A DNA stretch of 64,000 bases from Octopus vulgaris. Its lineage: Eukaryota. Made by a program: the position numbers and the translations under genes. Positions 54,300 through 64,000 of the stretch are shown here, in pieces. Below the pieces are notes generated by a model that worked only from the letters and a program-made list of their open reading frames with translations, was not told the DNA's origin and searched no databases. Position 1 is the stretch's first letter, and the number at the start of each line of letters is the position of its first letter. The DNA lies in the NCBI GenBank assembly GCA_951406725.2, contig OX597814.1:179056001-179120000 (forward strand), in the 5' to 3' direction.

Positions 54300-55600
54300 A
54301 AGTAACATCTAAAAAGGCCATCCAGTCCGCCCCATGGTCCCGGTAGACCAAACATAAAAGGCGTTGCCTTGAATGCTGGCAATGTAGATCAGTCACTCTG
54401 ACTCACAGGCACCCTACGTGCGGATAGTCGACTCCACCTTGATAGCAGTGAGCAAAAATGTGGCATGGGGGCTGAGAACGTGTGAGGTCACCCCTGCCAC
54501 AGCCTCGGCAACAGATATATGAGAGCGTTGGTTACTTTGATAGCCTGTCCTTCTCGGTTTGAGGAGAAGCGAAGCCAAGGTGGAATGGTAAGTTTGACAT
54601 GCTATCTGGTCATTTATCAGCCCTTGTGGTTCAAGCTGGGTAGGTGACCCACGGCGTCTAGGCCATGTTGTATGATCTAAATGAGAGCAACATAGGGTGA
54701 AAGGTGACCAACACTAGAATCGTATAACAATGGGTGAAAACCGGAGAATCTACAATGGATCTGCCTCGGAATCTGTGAGGGTCACAAATCTGGAGGCCAA
54801 GCCTCGGAGAAATACTGGTTCGCAGACAGTTACCATCAAGCTGGCAGTCAGTACAGAGCGATGGCCTGCGTTGAGCTGTGGGGTTGGGAAGACAAGCGGA
54901 AACAACAGACGGTACTGCTCAACTCGGTGAACTAGCCCAACCGAAATCATAATACACCGCATGGCGTCCCATTTTTTTAGGGATGAATGGACATCCGCAA
55001 AAGCATGATGAGGATGGACGTCTGCAGTGCAGAGCCAACTGGCTTCAGGTTGCATATGATGTTTTACGATCCCCACAAAACTGTAGTTTTAGTTAAATAA
55101 CGGAGAACATTATTGATGAGGAGACGGCAAGAAACCAGCGATGTGAGAAAAGCCTGCAGAACCAGTCAGGTGGGAAACCGGAAGCCGAGGTCGCCATATT
55201 GACGGGTGCGGTGGCCTGTTGTCATCCAGTGTCGTCAAACCCGACGTTGTATATCCTTTCAGTAACCCGATGAATACAGGCGTCCAGATCTGTGATGAAG
55301 ATGCGTTGCTGTAAAATGAGCACTGTGGGAGTTATGGAGAAACTTCGGTCGGCGTGTGTCTTCTTCCTTGTTCCTGATATCGCGTAGGCGTGCTAAAAAG
55401 AATAGAAATAATTGTCGGAGCACTATGAATGAACTTGTTGAGAGCCGTAATTGCACTCAACACGCTGTGCCGGGCTTCGACATTAAGAGGTAGCAGGAAG
55501 TCTTTGAGATGGCCGAGGAGAGACTATTGACAAATTCGCTCCTACTGAACGAGAAAGACCCCAGAGTAAATAGGATGTCTTTTTCGGATGCTATCTATAG
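54300..55600 (+). mobile_element. Probable decayed 5' part (UTR + APE) of an RTE-like LINE
   Basis: GC-rich island in AT-rich DNA with faint APE remnants (RTLL at ~55107, FAPT at ~55535). No intact frame. Confidence 0.35.
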
Positions 55601-56689
55601 CGGTTGAGGATCGGGGGTAGGATCGCATACACACGCACGCACACGCATACATACACACACATACTTAAAATATATATGCTCATATATGTGTGTGCGTATG
55701 TGTGTACGTATGTGTTTGCGTGAGTGTGTGTGTGTGTATGTGTGTGTGTGTGTGTGCGTATGCTTCTTAATATTTGTATGCATAAAAAGGAACGATTCGT
55801 TAATTTAGTTTAATTGATTAATCTACATTCATTTCTGGATATGTGTATAGGGCCATTTCATCCGATTAGCCTTTTTAAGATAAGATGTAATTCGAGGGAG
55901 TGCTACATCCAATTCATAGCAATTTCTGTATTGAAGAGTTGTATCACTTTTTTTTAATTTCCCATGCTTCTTCTTATGTTGTGATATATTGATTGGTATT
56001 TCTAGCAGATCGAATGACCACATAGAGGTTTCTTGTTTACGGATATCGTAGCTCCTCCTGTTTTTTACACGTTTATGTACATGTTTTGCTATGATAATTT
56101 ATGCAGAATAAATTATTTTTCATGAGAGAAAACTTTAGGCTTCCTAAAATGTCTTACATACATAAGACTATAATTTTCTTTCTTCTTGTGGTTTCTTAAA
56201 TCTTGTTTAGCGATGATCTCATATTCAATCCTTCCTCACAAGTAGCTCGTTGATGCACGACTGCCGTGGCTTGTTGATTATATCTTTTCAGATTTTCAGA
56301 ATACAAACGTCTACCTGCGTTTGATTTAAGTATACATTCGATTACTATATCATTTGCTTTCTAAACTAATTATAAACACTTCTCTTCGTTATGCGTTGCT
56401 GGACAAAAACTTTTTCCAGTTTCAGTTGTCTGATATCTTGATTGTTGCAAACTTACTACGAAATCTCGAACGTTAAGTCAGTTTGAAATGTAAGTTTCGA
56501 CTGTACTTGAATAGTCTTACTTTAGCTTATATTGTCTACATTTGTTTCTGTCATTATTTTAGCGTCGTTTCTGAAGATTCTGCCAGCTACTGTCCGAGTT
56601 TCGTGTACTTTAGATATGAATAGAAAGGAAAATAGTATTACTCATCAAGACACATGGAATACTCCTAAAATATTTAATATATAATAACG

Positions 56690-58022
56690 ATCAGTAACTA
56701 AAGATTATTCATTGATCAAGTATATCAGTATAGGTAACACTGTAATAAAAAATATCAACTAAAATTTATCTTACTAAATTATAGGAGACCGTCATCTTTT
56801 TACAATCCTGCATCTATAAAAGGGAATTCTAGATGCATATCATGCAAAATATAAGCTCCTATAAGCACACATAACTCCGCCCCATCATATTCCCCCATTG
56901 GTACATCGAAAAGAGAATTCTCACTCTTTTTTACCCAGGTAGAATCCTCGTAAAAAAGAAGGGATTTCTTTGCATGCAGGATAATATCTATTTCCTAATT
57001 ATCGATGGTGACATAGCGCTTAGCGAAATTTAATGCTTTTAGAAGGAAAGCCTAAGTATTTACGGGTAAAAGTCGACAATATCAAACTGTATAATTTGCA
57101 GTTATGATTATGGCTAATCCCTTTGAACTAATCTATCACTGACTTCCTTTTTACCAAACACGTAAATTTAATTCACTATCTAATTTGCTTAAAATACGAT
57201 CTAAAATATATTTGCCAATAATTACTACTTCAGTTTTAGCTAGTTTATTTTGTCTGCACTTAGGGTTACTATTGAAATTATCTTTGTGGTCTTTTAGATT
57301 AATAAAGGGCTGGCGTGGAGAGAGATATTCTATCCTATCACTAACTTTAAGTTTCTTAGCAATTCTTCTTTTACCTACGAATTCACCTCTTTATATAAAG
57401 TTATGTAGTCTGTTTGTAGGTGTCTGTAATGCTGTTTGAAATTAGACGTTTATAAACATCATTATCAATTGCGTATAAGTGTTGTGTCTTATCAGACTTT
57501 ACGAAGATCTTATCCGAGTTCTTTATGTCAATTTCTTTCCATTCAAGACTCGATCCTACTCTTACAGAAATTCTTTCCGATAGAGGACAGCGACTAGTCT
57601 TGCAAAGCATGTCTGGGAATTGAAAGAGAATGACACCCGTCCTTTCAATGTAACCTGGAAATTTCTAGAGAAAGCATCAGCATACAGACATGGATGTTAT
57701 AAGAGACCTATGAAATGTAATCTTTGCCTCTCAGAGAAGTTATTCATCTTGTACCAGGATAAAAACGCTTTGAACCAGAGACGCGAGCTTTCAATTCTTG
57801 CAGGAACGCCATTTTCAAATGTGTATCCATTAAACGAATTGTATATTTTTGCATATAAGCTTATTTTTGTTCCATTCTAAACAAAACTGTTCGATGAACG
57901 GGAATATGAAGCTCTGAGTAACAGTTTTTTGTGATATTTTTGCTACTTTTTAATAAAGCACATTACTCTACCTCAGGTATTCGAGTACTATTTTTACCAC
58001 TTTGTTTCGCATTTGTGTGCTT
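56690..58022. mobile_element. Penelope-like retroelement with 5' inversion (RT on -, GIY-YIG C-terminus + 3' end on +)
   Basis: Minus strand: [44 protein letters not shown]. Plus strand from ~57585: TSLAKHVWELK..WKFLEKA..CNLCLSEKLFIL..LNQRREL, a degenerate hammerhead at 57883-57928, then (TA)n. Confidence 0.88.
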
Positions 58023-58873
58023 ATATATATATATATATGTAGGTATACATACATATATATATATATATATACCACATGCGTTTGAATAAAATAAGGGAAA
58101 ACATCATAAAGAAGTCAATATTCATAATGCGAAATTTTCAGATTATTTTTCTCATCGACTGTTTTTATTTTTGCAACGTTTCCGTCTGTAATCTTTCCAT
58201 TTGCCTTCAGGTGAAATTTTTGAGGTAGACAGTTACTAAAGCTCTATCCCTTTATTTTATTAACTGGGCTTGATACCCAACCTATTAGCACGTTTTCCTG
58301 ATAAAGAATATTTTGTAATTTATATTTAATATTTTCTGCCCATTATGCCTGTTGTTGTTCTTGTTTTTTTAGGTAACCGTCCTTGACAACATCATCGCAG
58401 CTGTTCATCATTGACACTTTTTTAAAGTGCTTTATATGCTTTATATAATGTAATTTATCCTCGCTTATCTGCTTTTTTCCAGCAAGTTAAATAATCAAGT
58501 AATGATTCGAATTCACTTAGTTGTCTCTGTTTGTGCCAAATAATATTGAGATAAACAGATCTGATTCGATAAAAAAAACACATTTACGATTTGATTGGAC
58601 TACTTAGGTTTTGTTGTTAAGTTTATATTATCGATAAAAATGCGCTCACAAAAAAAAAATAACTACAACGAACCATTTTTTGGCATAATCCTTGGGATAG
58701 GATCATAAGAACCTGAAAAATCAAGACAATAAGAAAGGTAATGTAGAATTAGCAAATGATTTAGATTTATATGATGGAAGAGAGAGCTTTTTACGAAATA
58801 AGAGATATGCGGGAGCAATTGTGTAAAACCAAACTAACCAAGTGAATACACGTCTAAACAATACGTGTTTATC

Positions 58874-59039
58874 TGTTGTGTCTGAGGAGAGTCATTTTAT
58901 TTTTGTACATAATTTCCACAAGACTATTGAAAAGGTTGCAAGACACAACGAAAATTTTAGGAAAATAAAAATAAGAAATAAGTGGAAATTTTACCGGCAC
59001 AAAGGCACAAAGAGAAAATGACTCTCCCCAGACACAACA
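58874..59039. mobile_element. MITE with ~35-bp imperfect TIRs
   Basis: TGTTGTGTCTGAGGAGAGTCATTTT.. and ..AAAATGACTCTCCCCAGACACAACA. Confidence 0.7.
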
Positions 59040-60051
59040 TAATATGCTTCAACACACGAACTCATATAAAGTATCTTGCAAACTAAATCCAAAAACGAAA
59101 TAAGATACGTTTTAAATTCAACGGGTATATTTTCATTCTTCCAACGTCAAAAATAAAACAAATACACAACGAACTTTGCCAGCGATATGTAATCTGGTAC
59201 TACATCACAAGTAGCGGATGTTATTTAAAAATAGATTTAAACATGATAATCCAAATATTATATTCCTTCTCTTCAGAACGTATATTTTACATGAAATTCA
59301 TATCTCAAAGGGTTCCAGTTCCTTAAAAATCAATTCTCATAAGGCAGGTCTGCTTTAAATATCAAGGTTTCCCGAAGTAATATAACTTTTGTAAAATAAA
59401 ATTACACATAAAAATAACCGGTAATATGCTTATTACAAATGTACATAACTACAGTTGAACTATCTATCTGGTATAATGTTTTAAAATTTTATTTTTATAT
59501 CTATTTTTATATTTCGAAATATAAAAGCTGTACAAACTGCATTCCATTTCAGAACCATTAACAGTCCCATTGGAATCCATCCTTTATCATAAATATTTTC
59601 AATAAGTTTATTTAACATAGGCTCAATATTAAAATCTGATTATTTACATATATTAAAACATAAGCAAGACTCAGATTGTAGATAATCTATTTTCTTCTAT
59701 ATGAAATGCTTCATCAATCTCCCTAAACTTCTACATCATAATAATGAAATTAATTGATAATATTAGCGGTGTGATATGAATGGAAGATTTGATATTAAAG
59801 AGAGACCCTGCTGCTCTCTCTTTAACTTAGCGAATGCAAAACTCTGCTGTCGCTCGGTAATTCCTCTCCTTCCAACATTCCCTCTGAAACGTTGGATATT
59901 CTATTCCTCATGGCAAGATAAATTTACTCTTTGTATTGATTTTATCACATTACACACATACACACACATGGACACACACACACACACACACATATATATA
60001 TGAAGGCATACATACATACATACATACATACATACATACATACATACATAC

Positions 60052-60845
60052 GGAGTTAACACAGAAGATATCATCCACATCATAAGCAGTTGTCCGAAAA
60101 TGTCATCATGATATTAACTACCGTTGAGGCTAGGACATTATATAATGAAATCCGACGGAAGGATTACCCCGAAGACAAAGAAGTATGAACTCACCGTATC
60201 ATAAAAGCCATCACCACTCATAATAAATAGGAGTACTGATGGAATGTCCCAGTAAATAAACCTCAGTAACGTGTAAACCCAATAGACCTGATATAAGGAT
60301 TTGGGATAGAGAAGAGAAAATGTGTATAGTTGTGAAAATTAGCTGCTCAGCGGATGATAACATAAAACAGAAGATCAAGGAAAAAGGGAATACCTTCTCT
60401 GAGCTATCGAGAAATCTGCAGTTACTCTATCCAGATTACATGTTCAGATTTACACTTGTAATTATTAGGGCACTAGGATATATAGCGTACTGCCTAAATA
60501 CGAATCTGGAAAAATTAGTCTACTTCAAATCAGAAAGGAGAAAGCTGATTCAAAGACTACAGATATACGCCATCACTGGATCATTAAAAATCTATGAAGC
60601 TTTTCAGAAGTTTATGATTTAAATTTCTATGAGCATAACTAGTAATTCAAGTAGATGCATGAAATGACATACATAAAATAAAACATACAAATCTGCACGT
60701 ATACATACATACATTCATACATAGAAAAATACCCAGTTGTTGATGTTGAAATTGCAAATGAAGAAGCCTTGGATCTTGGTCAAAAACAAGGTCCTTCATT
60801 ATTGGCAAGAAATCTTGAAATAAAACTGTAAGAATGGCATACACA
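60052..60845 (+). mobile_element. 5'-truncated R4-type RLE LINE in (CATA)n
   Basis: EDIIHIISSCPK (Zn knuckle), KPNRPDI (RLE) and ORF 60320-60622. Preceded by (CATA)n at 60008-60051 and ends in CATAC. Confidence 0.82.
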
Positions 60846-61012
60846 ACGCTTTTTTGACAACAGGCTAGGTTACAATGAGAGTTTCCAAATTAGGAACAGA
60901 TTACTTCAATTTGATTAGGGATATTGCGAAGCGAAGGTTTTCACATTACTGAACAAAATATTGGGCAAAACTGACTGGTATATGCTTGATATAGACAGAC
61001 ATTGGGTTAAAG

Positions 61013-61192
61013 CAGTGGTTCCCAACAGTGGTTCCCAACACTTTTATTTAAATGAGCTTTCCCACGGACCCCTTTTAACATGCTCATCCTTATGGTATTT
61101 ATGCATTTGAAATTTTCAATTTAGATCACAGACATCCAGTGCTACCTTTGTGGACCTCCAGGGGTCCACAGACTCCAGGTTGGGAACCACAG
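61013..61192. mobile_element. hAT/Charlie-type MITE
   Basis: TIRs CAGTGGTTCCCAAC / GTTGGGAACCACAG and an 8-bp TSD GGTTAAAG/GGTTAGAT. The left TIR is tandemly duplicated. Confidence 0.8.
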
Positions 61193-62031
61193 GGTTAGAT
61201 CAGGAAAAACACCAGGGTAAACTTTTTTTGAATTTGTGCAAATGACAGAGATATTGAGGGAAAGAGAAAGGAAAAAGAGCAGAGAATGACCTAATTACAT
61301 TGGAAACATCATCAGCAGTGCCTCATTAAGATTTTCGTTTTAGACAGCAAATAATTTATCATCCTACTTTCATTTGGAGAAGGATATGTCAAGAAAATTT
61401 ACATTTCCCTACTACTGTATTTATGCTTTTCGTATTTAAATAATTTCCCTTACCCGACACGTCTAATATTTTCGACACGCTAAATTACAAAACGTGTGAC
61501 TCACGGTAAAATTAATATTATTTTCTCATTTACTCCTGATGTCAGCTATTCCATAATATCAAAATGAACAGACTGAAAATATTAACATATTTTAATAAAA
61601 ACAAATATGTAAGCTATTCCTTAATATCAATTTGAACAGAATGAAAGTATAAACATATTTTAATGAAAACAAATTATATACTCATGTGAAAAACATATTC
61701 AAGGTAGCCCAAAATCAAAGTAAATCTGAAAAAAAAGAAACATTAACAGACAACCCGAAATATTAACATTTAATTTTGTCTGATTTCATCAACTTCATTT
61801 ACATTGTATTTGTGTGTATTGGATATTTAAACAACTATATCAGATTCTACAAAGGTAGTTTTCAGGAAAACACAAACACCGTACAGTGTAGCAATTTGAA
61901 TATCGTGAATCGAACAATTAATATCCCTCTAGATATGCTTAAAATCTAAGAAGTAATGAATGCGGCAATTCGAATAAAATCACTTGGTCTTAATGTTTGG
62001 ATTTTTTGCCAACAATTTACAGATGCAAGTG

Positions 62032-62414
62032 GAAGCATTCCGTCGGTTACGACGACGAGGGTTCCGGTTTATCCGAATCAACGGAACAGCCTGCTCGTGA
62101 AATTAACGTGTAAGTGGCTGAGCACTCCACAGACACGTGTACCCTTAACGTAGTTCTCGGAGATATTCAGCGTGACACAGAGAGTGACAAGGCCGGCCCT
62201 TTGAAATACAGGTACAACAGAAACAGGAAGTAAGAGTGAGAGAAAGTTGTGGTGAAAGAGTACAGCAGGGATCACCACCATCCCCTGCCGGAGCCTCATG
62301 GAGCTTTAGGTGTTTTCGCTCAAAAGACACTCACAACGCCCGGTCTGGGAATCGAAACCGCGATCCTATGACCGCGAGTCCGCTGCCCTAACCACTGGGC
62401 CATTGCGCCTCCAT
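62032..62414 (-). mobile_element. tRNA-Arg-derived SINE (octopus OR-like), tail X
   Basis: Head GGCGCAATGGCCCAGTGGTTAGGGCAGCGGACTCGCGGTC..GTTTCGATTCC with a TCG anticodon-like loop. 11-bp TSD AGATGCAAGTG at 62021-62031 and 62415-62425. Confidence 0.9.
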
Positions 62415-63105
62415 AGATGCAAGTGCAACCAGTTTAAATCTCTACATACCAGATGCTACCAAATTTACTGAGTCATCAGGTGGGAATGCCAGTATCCGGT
62501 ATGCGGAAATTATTAAGAATGTATTAATGGAAATTGTGGTAGCAGTAATTTATTTTCATTGTGGTTAAAAAATATTAACCAAGGCATTGAGTTATATGCA
62601 TGAAGAGAAAAATATGCGAGTGAATATTTATTTATCTCATTTTTGAAATTTTAATAAGCTTATAATATGAATCTAGTACCACGAACAGCTAAGTTTTTTT
62701 ATATGTATTTGTGCATCTATACTAGTAATACATAAAATTATATTTTAGTTCATATCTCTGTTTAGTTACATAATATGCGTGGAATAAAGAGGGAGATACG
62801 AAACTATCGAAAACAAAAGAATTAATCAAACAGCACAAAATTAATGAGTTTTCGCCAAATTTTTATTTTGGCATTTGTCTAGTAGAAAATATTGAATATC
62901 TTCAATTGATATTTTCGAATAATATTACATATAAATACGCAAATTCGATGATTTTAGGATGTTAAAACTTTCAGATCTTTGGCTGAATAATTGGGGTGAC
63001 AATCGAAACTATTCATGAGAAGAGACACAATATCACAGTTGACATGGATCTAAACAATATTACTTTTAGTCGACAGGGATCATTTTACTGCTTGTATATA
63101 CTGTA

Positions 63106-63404
63106 TTTGTGGAGGCACATGGCCTAGTGGTTAGAGCAACGGACCCGCGGTCGAGGGATTGCGAGTTCGAATCTTAGACCGGGCGATGTGTGTGTTTATG
63201 AGCGAAACTCCTAAGCCCCACGCGGCTCTGGCAGAAAGAAATGGCGAACTTCTGCTGACTCTTTCGCCACACTTTCTCTCATTCTTTCCTCTTACAAGTC
63301 ATCTGCGAGGGATCGGCGTCCCGTCCTGGTGGGGATCCTATACGCCAATGAAACCTGGAACCCGGCCCTATTGACCCAGGCATCGCTCGAGAAGGAACAA
63401 ATAA
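63106..63404 (+). mobile_element. tRNA-Arg-derived SINE, tail Y
   Basis: Same head/body as 62032-62414 with a tail like 51165-51425. TSD ATATACTGTA at 63096-63105 and 63405-63414. Confidence 0.88.
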
Positions 63405-64000
63405 ATATACTGTAATTATAATAAATCACTGGCAAATATTGTATTTATAATTTGGTTTTAGAATGACTATGACACTTCTTGAACTTCTTAACACTGGAAC
63501 CACTTTCTTAGCTTAATAATATCAAGTTTCTGTCTGCATTTTTATGAGGAAATTTTACTCATGAGGAGAGATGCCGAAATAGAAAACTAACGAGTGCGTA
63601 GATAAACAATATGTAATGTCTAGACGCATTATTTAAGGTAGATTTTACTCTAATTACTTTATTTACAAACTAACAGGAATGTATAGACGTATTGCTTTGT
63701 AAATGCTATAAGCATATTTCAAAGTAATTTACTCACATAATTTTGGCAATAAATACTTTGCAAAAGGACAATTTAGTAACCTGTTAGGTTATTTTTAATG
63801 ATGTGTGGTCTAGTTCAGCCTCGATATAGCAAATATATCTTCCGTAGAGTGTAAACCTCAAACTATATTTACCATCTAACCAGCATTCTATTTATAGAAA
63901 TCCTGGATAGTTTACCGCCTTTCTGTTTCATCGCTATGTTATACAGACACATTTAGTAATTCGCGATGTCTTTTTTGGAAAGATTTCATCATTGAAATTA

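Noticed and set aside
58170-58225. Additional hammerhead-like motif (CTGAAGG..GAAACGTT, minus strand)
   Set aside because: The core is mutated and stems I and II cannot be formed convincingly.
62340-62414. tRNA-Arg gene (also tRNA-like heads at 12969, 14931, 51165, 63106)
   Set aside because: Each continues into a SINE body with a tail, usually with a TSD, and the cloverleaf is imperfect.

Overview
AT-rich, microsatellite-saturated eukaryotic DNA. The SINE families and repeat landscape look like an octopus (coleoid cephalopod) genome; this is recognised from the sequence, not from a database search. No intact host protein-coding gene could be supported, and nearly all long ORFs in the track are translations of microsatellites or decayed transposons. 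The window is intergenic or intronic and packed with mobile elements: a near full-length decayed Tx1/L1-clade LINE, R4/Dong-type LINE fragments in (TAA)n and (CATA)n arrays, a Penelope-like element (PLE) with a 5' inversion, Chapaev3, mariner and Tc1-like transposase relics, a non-autonomous Helitron, MITEs and several tRNA-derived SINE families. Two things stand out. (1) A full-length U6 snRNA copy is fused to an RTE-like body with a (CAA)n tail and a target-site duplication, making it a candidate U6-headed SINE (42916-43432). (2) Several short elements in (TA)n arrays carry minimal type-I hammerhead ribozyme motifs with palindromic stem III; one has a canonical core and sits in a direct+inverted repeat structure with a 171-bp perfect hairpin (28141-28906). 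Boundaries of decayed elements are approximate.
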